From assembly GCA_041562555.1 (NCBI GenBank), contig JBFEXS010000001.1:6378-70377 (forward strand): DNA of 64,000 nucleotides, read 5' to 3'. The position numbers were made by a program, and so were the translations under genes. The notes under the pieces are model-generated. The model made no database searches and was not told the origin of the DNA. It saw nothing but the letters and a program-made list of their open reading frames with translations. Below, in pieces: positions 19,002 through 28,865 of the stretch (within the stretch, counting starts at the first letter, position 1; the number at the start of each line of letters is the position of its first letter). The DNA is from Sulfurimonadaceae bacterium. GTDB taxonomy: Bacteria; Campylobacterota; Campylobacteria; Campylobacterales; Sulfurimonadaceae.

Positions 19002-20298
19002 TTTCTTTCCTTAAAATCACAGTGGTTGATTGTGTCTGATCAAAATATTTAAGCGCGGCAGTCTGAATCTCCTCAGGGCTGAGTGCATTGATATGATCTT
19101 CATATGCCAATAAAGGTTCCAGGTCTCCACGGGCAAGGTAGCTACCGAAAAGGTCAGCAACAGATGAAGAAGATTCAAGAGAATAGATGAAGTCTGCTTT
19201 CGTGTTGACCTTCACCTTATCAAGTTCCGCTTTGTCAATCTGTTTTGTCTTGAGGTCCTCGATCTCGACTAGGATCTCTTTTTCAACGTCTTCAGCCTTT
19301 ACACCCGGATTACACACAGCCATAAAGATAAACAGACCTGGATCGATGTTTTCCATATTATAGGCATAGATCTGATTGGCAAGACGCTTCTCATTCACAA
19401 GGTTCTGATACAGACGTGAACTTTTTCCTGAACTGAGCATCTCAGAGATCGCTGAAAGGGCAGGCTGGTCCTTATGCTGGAAGTTGGGGATATGATACGT
19501 GATCGCCAACATCTCTACCTCACTCTCCTTATAGACAACAAGGCGTTTCGCACCATCCTGTTTTGGTTCGACTTGATGAACTTTTGGGATCTCTTTGGTG
19601 TTTTTAATCGAACCGAAACGTTTTTTAGCCTGTGTGAATACATCGTCAGGTTCGACGTCTCCCGTGACGATGATAATGGCATTTTTAGGTTGATAGTAAG
19701 TCTCATGGAAGGATTTTATATCCTCAAGGGTCCAATTCTGAATATCCGCCATAAAACCGATAGGTGTCCAGTGGTATGGATGGTAGAGATAGGCGTTGTT
19801 AAAAAGTCTGAAATACAGATATCCCAGGGGTGAATTGTCTGTTCTCCAACGGCGCTCTTCGGCTACTACATTTCGTTCAGGCTGGAATTCGTCGTCTTGA
19901 AGTTTGAGACTCTCCATCAGCTCACCAAAAAGGTCTAGGGATTTGCCCAGGTTTTGAGATGAGCTTTTGATGAAATAGTGGGTATAGTCAAAACCGGTAG
20001 ATGCATTGCTCAGTCCACCCATGCCTTTGACGACTTCATCAAATTCACCGGCCTTGAGGTTGTCCGTGGACTTGAAGTTCATGTGTTCTAGCATATGGGC
20101 AATTCCACTTTTTCCCATGACCTCATTGCGTGAACCCACTTTATAAAAGATATCTGTTGAGATAACACTGGTATTGTTTTCCATAGGGATAACAACGATT
20201 TGCAGACCATTATCCAAAGTCTGTGTCTTATAATCCGGTAAAGATGTTGCCATCACAACTCCTGCACTAAAAATTAGGGTACTTAAAAATCTAAGCAT
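18994..20298 (-). CDS. M16-family (pitrilysin-like) zinc peptidase
   Basis: Inverted zinc motif 'HMLEHMNF' (HxxEH) and a signal peptide. The start is placed at the ATG overlapping the pyrD stop (ATGCTTAG). Confidence 0.8.
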   Translation of the reverse strand: MLRFLSTLIFSAGVVMATSLPDYKTQTLDNGLQIVVIPMENNTSVISTDIFYKVGSRNEVMGKSGIAHMLEHMNFKSTDNLKAGEFDEVVKGMGGLSNASTGFDYTHYFIKSSSQNLGKSLDLFGELMESLKLQDDEFQPERNVVAEERRWRTDNSPLGYLYFRLFNNAYLYHPYHWTPIGFMADIQNWTLEDIKSFHETYYQPKNAIIIVTGDVEPDDVFTQAKKRFGSIKNTKEIPKVHQVEPKQDGAKRLVVYKESEVEMLAITYHIPNFQHKDQPALSAISEMLSSGKSSRLYQNLVNEKRLANQIYAYNMENIDPGLFIFMAVCNPGVKAEDVEKEILVEIEDLKTKQIDKAELDKVKVNTKADFIYSLESSSSVADLFGSYLARGDLEPLLAYEDHINALSPEEIQTAALKYFDQTQSTTVILRKEND

Positions 20299-21355
20299 TT
20301 TTTCTATCGGCTCCAATAGCTTGAGTGATATTACTGTATCCATCGGCTTGAAGAAGGTCAATAAGACCGAGGTTAATGTCACGGATCAGGGTCGGTCCGT
20401 GAAAGACAAGTGCCGAATATACCTGTACAAGGGATGCACCTGCTTTGATGCGTTTGTAGGCCTCTTCTGCAGAATCGATCCCTCCGACGGAGATCAAAAT
20501 AGTCTTTCCGTACAACTCTTTTGCTACAGCTTCAAATATCTTAAAGCTTTTCTCTTTCAAGACGGCTCCGGATATTCCACCGATATCTTTTGGTTGAGAG
20601 ACGAGGGAATAATCAATGGTCGTATTGGTGGCAATGATACCGGCTGCACCGGCTTTAACAGCCATCTTGGATAGTTCTACTGCTTGTTCAGGCTCCATGT
20701 CCGGAGCGATCTTCAAGAGGATCGGTTTGTCTGTCAGTTTTTTCGTCTCTGTAAACAGTTCCGTGATAAAGGCTTCATTTTGCAAGTCACGTAAACCCGG
20801 GGTGTTGGGAGAGGAGATGTTGATGACGAAATAGTCTCCAAGGTCTTTAAACGTGTTTAGAAGGGTCGTATAGTCTGAAATGGCATCTTTCTCATCTGTA
20901 GACTTGTTCTTACCAATATTCACTCCGATAGGCGTTGAAAACGGGAAGCGTTCTTTAAGACGTTTTTGTACCTTGTACATCCCGTCATTGTTGAACCCCA
21001 TGGCGTTTTGCACACTCTCTTCCTCAATATGACGGAACATTCTTGGTTTAGGATTTCCTGCCTGCGGTTTTGGTGTGACGGTACCTATCTCGGTGAAGCC
21101 GAATCCGAGGGCTTGGATACCACGTATGACCGTTGCATTCTTATCAAAACCTGCACCCAGGCCGACCGGGTTTAAAAAGGTACGTCCAAAAAGTTCCTGA
21201 TTGAGGCTCTCATGCTGGATGAAGTGGTTCTCAATCCACGGGTTATAGGCGGATGGAAGGAGGTTGGCTCCACGTAAAAAGAACTCGACAAGATGGTGTG
21301 CAGTTTCAGGCTGAAGTTTAAAAAGATAGGGTTTTATGGCCGAATATGGAATCAT
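20291..21355 (-). CDS. pyrD: Dihydroorotate dehydrogenase (quinone), class 2
   Basis: 'NISSPNTPGLR' and 'GVNIGKNK' motifs. 354 aa. Confidence 0.92.
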   Translation of the reverse strand: MIPYSAIKPYLFKLQPETAHHLVEFFLRGANLLPSAYNPWIENHFIQHESLNQELFGRTFLNPVGLGAGFDKNATVIRGIQALGFGFTEIGTVTPKPQAGNPKPRMFRHIEEESVQNAMGFNNDGMYKVQKRLKERFPFSTPIGVNIGKNKSTDEKDAISDYTTLLNTFKDLGDYFVINISSPNTPGLRDLQNEAFITELFTETKKLTDKPILLKIAPDMEPEQAVELSKMAVKAGAAGIIATNTTIDYSLVSQPKDIGGISGAVLKEKSFKIFEAVAKELYGKTILISVGGIDSAEEAYKRIKAGASLVQVYSALVFHGPTLIRDINLGLIDLLQADGYSNITQAIGADRKNA

Positions 21356-21471
21356 TGCTCTCTTTCATGGGCTTTTATTAATACGTGATTATACTTAAAT
21401 ATGTTTAGATAAGTTTGAATTTATCTCAGTGAGGGATAAGAAGCACGGTTAGCGGAAAAAGCGCAACACAT

Positions 21472-21654
21472 ATGGAGTATACATTTAATAAACAAGCTGG
21501 AAATATGACGGGGTTTGAAGCACCACATCTTTCAGTAAAATATGATGGAGCCGGAACGGTTTTAGGATTTCTGTCCCAGCTTAGTATGGCCCAGATAGTC
21601 ATATATGTCTTGAGTTTTACATTGTTGGCATATATCGTGCATGAAAGAGTATAA
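21472..21654 (+). CDS. Hypothetical 60-aa protein with a C-terminal TM helix
   Basis: ORF in a 310-bp intergenic gap with a hydrophobic tail 'IVIYVLSFTLLAYIV'. No convincing SD. Confidence 0.25.
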   Translation: MEYTFNKQAGNMTGFEAPHLSVKYDGAGTVLGFLSQLSMAQIVIYVLSFTLLAYIVHERV

Positions 21655-21665
21655 GGGAGGAAGGA

Positions 21666-23060
21666 TCAGTTTTTCTCCCAAAATGTTCCCTGAGCCGTGT
21701 CCATGATAGAGATGTCAAGGCTTAGAAGTTCATCCCTTATCGCATCAGAGGTGGCAAAGTCTTTCTCTTTTTTAGCGGCACTTCGTTGTTCAATCAGTGT
21801 TTCAATCTTCTCTTTCAGTGCGGAGTCGATACCAAACTGAAAATATTCAAAAGGGCTTTGAAGACCAAAGCCAAGGATCTCTTCGATATAGGCTAAATTT
21901 GCCAAGGTTTCACGTTTGATGACCTTGTCTTTAGGGTTGGCATCAAGAGTTTCGTTGGCATGGGATATCATATCATCAACAAGGGCAAGAGCTTTAGAGA
22001 TGTTGAGATCATCGCTGAGTGCTTCAAGAAGTTCTGATTGAAAGTTCGTTTTCTCTTGTGTCACTTTCATCCCGAAGAGACGTTTCTTGAGTCGATAAAG
22101 TTTGTCAAGGCGCTTTTTTGAAGAGATCAGATCCATCTCATTGAAGTTAAAGTCCCCCCTATAGTGTGTCGAGGAGAGGTAAAAACGCAGGACTTCTCCA
22201 TGATAGGCTTGAAGGGCATCTTTTAGGAAGAAACTGTTGCCAAGACTCTTTGACATCTTCTCTCCGTCTATATTTACAAAACCGTTGTGCATCCAATATT
22301 TCGCCAGTTCCTGATCCTTGGCACACCGGTGCTGAGCTGCCTCGTTCTCATGATGGGGGAAGAGCAGGTCGGCACCTCCTCCATGGATGTCTATGGCATA
22401 GTCACCTTCAACGGCGAGGTACTGATCGATCATCGCTGCACATTCGGTATGCCATCCCGGACGTCCGGCTGAAAAAGCTGTTTCGTAACGAATACCTTCG
22501 TCAAAATGTTTCCAAAGTGCAAAATCGGCAGGACTTTTTTTATGGGTATTCTCTTCGATACGACTTTGAGTATCATCCTGGTCTTGTATACGGTTTGAGA
22601 TACTCAAATATTTCGAGTCCTTTTGCGTATCAAAGTAGACATCCCCGTCTTCTGTTTGGTAAGCATGCCCTTTTTCAATAAGTTTGGAGATGAGGGAGAC
22701 CATAGCGTCCATGGATTCTGTGGCCTTAGGTTCTATATCCGGTCGCAGAATGCCCAGGGCATCCATGTCCCTGTGATAGGCATCGATATAGAACTTTGTC
22801 AACTCTTCGAGGGTCTGACCCGTCTGCAAGATCTTATTGACGATTTTATCATCTATATCGGTGATGTTGCGGGCAAAGGTGACATCCAGACCATTGGCTT
22901 TTAAGACGCGTACCAGAAGGTCAAAAACCAGAGCACTCTTGGCATGCCCAAGGTGAGCATCATCATAGACGGTCGGGCCACATACATATAGGGTGGCTTT
23001 TCCGGGTATGATAGGTTCAAAGTTTTTTTTAGTTTTACTGACGGTGTCAAATATAGTCAT
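21666..23060 (-). CDS. cysS: Cysteine--tRNA ligase
   Basis: HIGH ('HLGHAKS') and 'KMSKS' motifs. The start is placed at 'MTIFDTV', overlapping the murJ 3' end by 14 nt. The listed longer ORF is an extension. Confidence 0.92.
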   Translation of the reverse strand: MTIFDTVSKTKKNFEPIIPGKATLYVCGPTVYDDAHLGHAKSALVFDLLVRVLKANGLDVTFARNITDIDDKIVNKILQTGQTLEELTKFYIDAYHRDMDALGILRPDIEPKATESMDAMVSLISKLIEKGHAYQTEDGDVYFDTQKDSKYLSISNRIQDQDDTQSRIEENTHKKSPADFALWKHFDEGIRYETAFSAGRPGWHTECAAMIDQYLAVEGDYAIDIHGGGADLLFPHHENEAAQHRCAKDQELAKYWMHNGFVNIDGEKMSKSLGNSFFLKDALQAYHGEVLRFYLSSTHYRGDFNFNEMDLISSKKRLDKLYRLKKRLFGMKVTQEKTNFQSELLEALSDDLNISKALALVDDMISHANETLDANPKDKVIKRETLANLAYIEEILGFGLQSPFEYFQFGIDSALKEKIETLIEQRSAAKKEKDFATSDAIRDELLSLDISIMDTAQGTFWEKN

Positions 23061-24453
23061 GAATGATCTCTTTAAATATAAATAGAATAAGGGTAAAAAG
23101 CAGGAGCCCAAGAAGGAGCCAAAGCATTTTTTTGTCTGAAAGTATAACGAAAAAGCGTTTTGTACCATAGGCTTTGATGGTATATATAAACAGAATAAGT
23201 CCACTTGCAGATGATGCCAAAGCAAGACCCATGGCCCCCATTGGCCGGATTAATACCAAGGAAAGTACTACATTGGCAATCAGGGCATAGGTCGCGATCT
23301 TGGCTGCTTCACCCTGTCGATGTTCGGCGTATAACTTCAAGGAAAAGAGTTTGCTTAGACCGTAGGGTAAGAGTCCGAGCATATACATCTGCAATACAAG
23401 CGCGGTGTTATGGGTGTCATCTGATGTGAAGGCACCTCGCTCGAACAGAAGCCAGATAATCTCTTCGGATAACACATACCCACCTATAAGCGAGAGGCTT
23501 AAAAGAGCTGTTAGAAACCAAAATGCCTGATAAAACGCCTTTTGTGCTTCATCATGCTTGTCATGCCGTAGGTAGCGTGAAATCCTGGGGAAAAGCGCAA
23601 CGGAAGTAGCAATAGCGAAAAGAGCAAGGGGAAGTTGAAAAATGCGGTTGGCATAATAGAGGTAAGAGATAGAACCAGTAACTAAAAAACTTGCCGGCCA
23701 GGTGTCCAGAAAAGCCGAGAATTGTGCTGTTGAATTTCCCCATATCGCAGGGAAAAAGCTTCTTTGAAACCGTTTTTTACTTGTGCTGAGATCGCTTTTT
23801 TCAGCATTGAAATATTTGAAGCCACCCACTAAGAACTTTAGGATGCCTTTTTGTCTTGCCATAAGAAGATGGGAGACAAACTGCAAACATCCTCCCACGA
23901 GTACACCAAAGCTCAGATAATAGACAATCTCATCTGAAGCTTTGTCTTGTGCCAACAAAAGAGCAGAGATCATGGCCAGATTAAGTAACCCGGTAGAAAA
24001 AGCCGTAGTGGCAAAATGTTCCTTGTATTGCAACAACGCGGATAAAAAGCTGACGGCAAATATAAGGAGGAGGTAATAAAAGTTGATAGCTACAAAAGGA
24101 GCTGCCATTTCAAGAGTGTTCTCATCGAATCCCAAGGCAATGAGTTTGGCGGCATAATAGGGGAAAAGTTGTACACCGATGGTAAGCAATAGGATAATAA
24201 AGAAAAAAAGGACAAAGATGTGTACGGCGAAAATGGACTTGTTCTTAGCTGCAGTAAAACTGGGAATAAAGCTTTGTGAAAAAGCACCTTCGGCAAAAAT
24301 TCGTCTAAACAGATTTGGGAGTTTAAAGGCAATGAAAAAGATATCACTGTAGATGTTGGCACCTAGGAAAGAAGCAGTCAAGAGATCGCGTATAAAGCCC
24401 AAAACACGTGAAAAAAGTGTACCGATACTGTTAGTGAATATTGATTTAAACAT
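23047..24453 (-). CDS. murJ: Lipid II flippase MurJ (MviN)
   Basis: 'SRVLGFIRDLLTASFLGA' N-terminus. 468-aa polytopic membrane protein. Confidence 0.88.
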   Translation of the reverse strand: MFKSIFTNSIGTLFSRVLGFIRDLLTASFLGANIYSDIFFIAFKLPNLFRRIFAEGAFSQSFIPSFTAAKNKSIFAVHIFVLFFFIILLLTIGVQLFPYYAAKLIALGFDENTLEMAAPFVAINFYYLLLIFAVSFLSALLQYKEHFATTAFSTGLLNLAMISALLLAQDKASDEIVYYLSFGVLVGGCLQFVSHLLMARQKGILKFLVGGFKYFNAEKSDLSTSKKRFQRSFFPAIWGNSTAQFSAFLDTWPASFLVTGSISYLYYANRIFQLPLALFAIATSVALFPRISRYLRHDKHDEAQKAFYQAFWFLTALLSLSLIGGYVLSEEIIWLLFERGAFTSDDTHNTALVLQMYMLGLLPYGLSKLFSLKLYAEHRQGEAAKIATYALIANVVLSLVLIRPMGAMGLALASSASGLILFIYTIKAYGTKRFFVILSDKKMLWLLLGLLLFTLILFIFKEIIHDYI

Positions 24454-24538
24454 AAGTCCCTGATTGTTGGTATACTAATTGCTAAAGTTTTGCGTATAAT
24501 AGTATAATTAAAATAAAAGAACAAAGGGTGTCGATAAT

Positions 24539-26416
24539 ATGGGACAAAACGAAGCTAAGATAGATGAGTTTAAACCCTTTGTCGTACGTACAGACAATAT
24601 TGCCAAAGAGTTGGTATCAACGGCAACCAATCATAAACTCAAAGCCTCGGATCTTGATTTCAATCTACTGGAGGTGCAAACGTTCATCAAGAGAGAGGAT
24701 ACAGAGGAAGAGATCTCCTATGATGATTTCGACACATTAAATGATGAAGCGCTATTAGCGGATCCTACGGTAGAGATCCGCCAGAGTTACGAAGTGGAGA
24801 TTGTTAAAGCGGACGATAATGACCCTTTTGGAAAACTCAACCTAAGTATTGGTGCCAACCCTAGTATGTCCCGTCTCTTTGCTTCGGTTAAGCCAGGTTC
24901 GGTGGTCGAGTATTATGAGGGGATGGCTACTGACCTGCGCCAATTTATCAACAAGCGTAAACTACGTGCACATATGCTGATTGGATTTTGGGATGCAAAA
25001 TTTGATGAAGAGATAGCCAAGTTCGTGGCTAAAGTTCAAGTCGCTTCGACGCTTGAAGTCACCGAAAAAATTGTACTTGAGGTTGGGTCTGCTCTGGATC
25101 CGGTGACAACTGTTGATGACAAGCTGATAGTGCATTATGAAAAAGAAGATGTCAAAGATGAGAAAGCGAAGGTAGACCATGCAAACCGAGGTTTTGTCAA
25201 AGGTATAAAAGCCGGTGACCTGCTTGTTGAATATATCAAGCCGAAAAAGGGTGAAGCCGGACGAAATTGCAGGGGGGAGTTTATTGAACCGACGGATCCT
25301 GTGATCGCAAATGTACCTAACTTCAATGTGAGTGAAAAGATCGAAGTTGTTGAGAACGAAGATAACATCGAATACCGTGCCAAAGAAAGCGGTTATGTGA
25401 CTTTTGAGAACAATACCTATGATATCAAGGTTGAGGTGGAAGTCTCCGAAGTAAGTTTCAGAACGACCGGTTCTATCGGAGCCGGTGTTGATACGGATGT
25501 ATCACTGAATGTAAAAGAGGCCGATGCTTTCAAAGATGCCATTGGTGCGGGGATGGAAATTGAGGTCAATGAGATCAATGTTGATGGCAATGTGGGAAAC
25601 AATGCACGGATCAAAGCGAACAAAGTCAGTATCGAAGGACAGACCCACCAAAGTTCTTATATTGAAGCTGATGATATCAAGATCAATATTCATAAGGGCA
25701 AGGTGAAGGGTAAGAAGATCTCAATTTCCCGTTTGGAACAGGGTGTCGTTGAAGGTGAAACGGTAGAGGTGTTTCAAGCTACTGGTGGGAAAATTATCGG
25801 TAAGGAAGTGTTGATTGATACGATCTCTTCACATGTCAGTGTCATAGCCAGTTCAAAGATCGAGATCAATAACTTCAATGGAGAAGAGAACAGTTTTACG
25901 ATCTCTCCCGTATTGTATGAATCAGATAAAGAGAGCCTGCACGATAATGAAGATGAGATCATTGAGCAAAAAAGAAAGGTCCGTAAATTAAAAGATGAGC
26001 TTGAGAAGAAGCAGAAGGTTCTCCAAACCAATGAGAGTGCGATCGTTGATCTGAAAAAACGTTTGGCTCATTACAAAAAAAGCGGAGCAAAAATGCCGGG
26101 CTCATTTGTCGTCAAGTTTAAAGAGTTCCAGGAGTTGCAAAAACAGATTGTCTCTTTGACTACGGAACTGCAACAGAGCGAAAGTAAACTTGAACTGCTT
26201 AATGCCAAAACCGATGCCTTGCAAGAGAATATACTGGATGCGAAGATTATCAATCATGATACCTATAAGGGACATAATGAGATACGCTTTAAACTGCTTG
26301 AGCCAGAACTTGAGCTTTACTATGTTCCTAAAGGGCAGAGTGATGAAAAGTGTTTCATGTTTCATTATGATGAGGAGACAGAGTCTTACGAGATCAAAGG
26401 AAGTCATGAGATATAA
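24539..26416 (+). CDS. DUF342 / FapA-family protein
   Basis: 625 aa. The central region has short beta-strand repeats ('VSIEGQ...IKINIHKGKVKGKKISISR...') and the C-terminal part is coiled coil. Sits between murJ and ruvA. Confidence 0.6.
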   Translation: MGQNEAKIDEFKPFVVRTDNIAKELVSTATNHKLKASDLDFNLLEVQTFIKREDTEEEISYDDFDTLNDEALLADPTVEIRQSYEVEIVKADDNDPFGKLNLSIGANPSMSRLFASVKPGSVVEYYEGMATDLRQFINKRKLRAHMLIGFWDAKFDEEIAKFVAKVQVASTLEVTEKIVLEVGSALDPVTTVDDKLIVHYEKEDVKDEKAKVDHANRGFVKGIKAGDLLVEYIKPKKGEAGRNCRGEFIEPTDPVIANVPNFNVSEKIEVVENEDNIEYRAKESGYVTFENNTYDIKVEVEVSEVSFRTTGSIGAGVDTDVSLNVKEADAFKDAIGAGMEIEVNEINVDGNVGNNARIKANKVSIEGQTHQSSYIEADDIKINIHKGKVKGKKISISRLEQGVVEGETVEVFQATGGKIIGKEVLIDTISSHVSVIASSKIEINNFNGEENSFTISPVLYESDKESLHDNEDEIIEQKRKVRKLKDELEKKQKVLQTNESAIVDLKKRLAHYKKSGAKMPGSFVVKFKEFQELQKQIVSLTTELQQSESKLELLNAKTDALQENILDAKIINHDTYKGHNEIRFKLLEPELELYYVPKGQSDEKCFMFHYDEETESYEIKGSHEI

Positions 26417-26458
26417 GGACATTGGCATATATACATATTTATTGAGAATGGAAATGGA

Positions 26459-27010
26459 ATGATCGTAGGAATTGAAGGAATTATTGAAAAAAAAGAACCG
26501 ACGCTGGTGCATATCAATGTCAACGGACTTATTTACGAGGTCTATATCTCCATTAACACTTTCCATGCTTTGGATATGGAACGTATAAAGTTGTATACGG
26601 TACAGATTATTCGTGAAGATGCCCATAGTCTGTATGGTTTTTCAACGGAGAGCGAAAAGCAGATGTTTACACAACTGATCAAGATCAACGGAGTAGGCCC
26701 AAAGGTAGCCCTTGCGATCTGTTCTACGTATACCCCAAGCTCCTTTGCTGCTATCGTCCAGGCTAATGATGTTGGCTCACTTAAGCGCGTTCCGGGTATT
26801 GGCCCCAAAGGTGCGTCGCGCATCTTGGTTGAACTAAGCAACTTTGTCGTTGACACCAATGAAACTTCCACAACACCGTCTCAAGCAGAAGCTGCAATGG
26901 CACTGGAAAGTCTGGGCTTTAAAAAGGAACAGATTATTAAGGTTCTAAGTGGTATTCACTCCAGTGATACAGGTGAGATCGTCAAAGAAGCCCTTAAAAA
27001 GTTAAGTTGA
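26459..27010 (+). CDS. ruvA: Holliday junction branch migration complex subunit RuvA
   Basis: HhH motifs '[12 protein letters not shown]' and '[12 protein letters not shown]'. 183 aa. Confidence 0.92.
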   Translation: MIVGIEGIIEKKEPTLVHINVNGLIYEVYISINTFHALDMERIKLYTVQIIREDAHSLYGFSTESEKQMFTQLIKINGVGPKVALAICSTYTPSSFAAIVQANDVGSLKRVPGIGPKGASRILVELSNFVVDTNETSTTPSQAEAAMALESLGFKKEQIIKVLSGIHSSDTGEIVKEALKKLS

Positions 27011-27110
27011 TCAACTGGGTTTTTCTAGGATCAGAGGAATCGACTCTTAGGGCTTGTTTTAAACTTTATTCGCTAAAATAAGCTTCTATTATTACATCAG
27101 GAATTTTATA

Positions 27111-28142
27111 TTGAACTTAGCAATACTTTTTGGCGGTGCCTCTTATGAACATGAGATCAGCATTGTCTCAGCCATCACCCTCAAAGAAAAACTTTCGACC
27201 TTGGATCTGGAGTTTATTTTTTTAGATCAAGATCATACTTTTTATTATATCGATGCAAAGAGTATGGATGCTAAAACTTTTAGCAGTGGAGCGTATACAA
27301 AGATGCCGGTACTGCAATTAGAGCAGGGCGGGTTTTATCAAAAAAACCTGTTTGGCAGCAAGAGCATGCGTTTTGATCGTGTCCTAAATCTCATACACGG
27401 TGCAGACGGAGAAGATGCGACGATCGCCTCGCTCTTTGAATTCTTTCATATCGACTACATCGGTCCGCGCAAAGATGCGAGTGTCATGAGCTTTGACAAG
27501 TTTATGACAAAGGCTTATGCAGGCGCGTGCAAGGTTGATACTGTTTCATATGAAGTCCTGCATGGAGAGCGAACATCCAAGATAGCATTCCCACTGATCA
27601 TCAAGCCTACACGTTTGGGTAGCTCCATTGGTGTGAGTATTGTTAAACAACCTGAAGAGCTTGATTATGCTTTGGATGTGGCTTATGAGTTTGATGAGAG
27701 ATTGCTTATTGAGCCTTTCATAGAAGGTGTTAAAGAGTACAATGTCGCGGGATGCATGACTCGAGACGGTTTAAAGCTATCCATCGTCGAAGAACCGCAA
27801 AAGGATGAGTTTTTAGACTTTGACAAAAAATATTTGGATTTTTCCCGATCGGAACAGGTACATGAAGCGGATATATCCGAGGAACTGAAAGCACGTCTGT
27901 ATGAGGCTTTTGAAAAGATATATGTGCCAATCTTTGAGGGAGCCCTAATCCGATGTGATTTTTTTGTCCTTGATGACAAGGTTCTCTTGAATGAAATTAA
28001 CCCGATTCCGGGGTCAATGGCGAATTATCTCTTTGAAGACTTTACACAAGTTATCAAAGACCTGACTCTTCCACAGATGAAAGAGATACGGGTGAGTTAT
28101 AACTATCTCCATTCAATCCGTTCGGCAAAAGGCAAGGCATAG
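27111..28142 (+). CDS. ddl: D-alanine--D-alanine ligase
   Basis: 'ILFGGASYEHEISIVSA' and the ATP-grasp 'LNEINPIPGS'. TTG start after AGGA. Confidence 0.9.
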   Translation: MNLAILFGGASYEHEISIVSAITLKEKLSTLDLEFIFLDQDHTFYYIDAKSMDAKTFSSGAYTKMPVLQLEQGGFYQKNLFGSKSMRFDRVLNLIHGADGEDATIASLFEFFHIDYIGPRKDASVMSFDKFMTKAYAGACKVDTVSYEVLHGERTSKIAFPLIIKPTRLGSSIGVSIVKQPEELDYALDVAYEFDERLLIEPFIEGVKEYNVAGCMTRDGLKLSIVEEPQKDEFLDFDKKYLDFSRSEQVHEADISEELKARLYEAFEKIYVPIFEGALIRCDFFVLDDKVLLNEINPIPGSMANYLFEDFTQVIKDLTLPQMKEIRVSYNYLHSIRSAKGKA

Positions 28143-28865
28143 ATGGCTATCAAGAGTTTTCAACACGACCAGGCAAGTTTTAGTATCTCCTATGAGATCG
28201 TCAACCCCTCTGCCAAGCATGATCTGATAGTATTGCATGGATGGGGTTCCAATAAAGAGATAATGAAACAGGCCTTTGGCGAGCACATGAAGAGTTTTCG
28301 TCATATTTATATCGATTTGCCCGGTTTTGGCGGAAGTATCAATCACAAGGTGCTTGACACAGCTGAATATGCACGTATTATCGAACTTTTCTTAGAGCTG
28401 ATCGGAGCGAAAAAAGAGATGATCATGGGACACTCCTTTGGTGGGAAAGTGGCTACACTGCTCAATCCTGATCTTTTGGTCTTACTCTCTTCCGCAGGGA
28501 TTAAACTGCCGAAGTCATTCAATGTGAAACTTAAGATCAAATTGACAAAGCTGGCAAATGCTCTGGGGATAAGGAGTGTGAGTAGACTTTTTCGTGCAAA
28601 CGATGCAAAGACGCTAAACCGCGTAATGTATGAAACATTCAAAAAAGTTGTCGATGAGAATTTCTCCAAAGAGTTCTCTGAGTTTCATAATAAGGCTTTG
28701 ATCTGCTGGGGAGAAAAAGACACTGCAACACCGGTGATCGCCGGCCAGACAATTGCCGATCTCATTAAAAGAAACCGTTTTACGGTATATCAGGGAGATC
28801 ATTATTTCTTTTTAAACAGAGCAAAGTCCATTGCTGCCGAAATTGAAAAGGAGTATCTAAAATAA
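28143..28865 (+). CDS. Alpha/beta-fold hydrolase of unknown substrate
   Basis: Nucleophile elbow 'GHSFGG'. The start immediately follows the ddl stop and the stop overlaps the murF ATG. Confidence 0.75.
   Translation: MAIKSFQHDQASFSISYEIVNPSAKHDLIVLHGWGSNKEIMKQAFGEHMKSFRHIYIDLPGFGGSINHKVLDTAEYARIIELFLELIGAKKEMIMGHSFGGKVATLLNPDLLVLLSSAGIKLPKSFNVKLKIKLTKLANALGIRSVSRLFRANDAKTLNRVMYETFKKVVDENFSKEFSEFHNKALICWGEKDTATPVIAGQTIADLIKRNRFTVYQGDHYFFLNRAKSIAAEIEKEYLK

Noticed and set aside
21626-21641. Sigma54-like element TGGCAT-N6-GTGCA with correct GG/GC spacing
   Set aside because: It lies at the 3' end of a doubtful small ORF and points into the antisense strand of cysS. There is no downstream plus-strand gene, so it is most likely chance.
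23061-23225. Long N-terminal extensions in the ORF track: cysS 23061-23225, M16 peptidase 20299-20382, rseP 16652-16726, mobA 55069-55254, hydrolase 46703-46783, nadE 973-1005
   Set aside because: In each case an internal start coincides with the conserved N-terminus of the family, and usually with a stop/start overlap to the upstream gene. The extensions run through the neighbouring gene's coding sequence.
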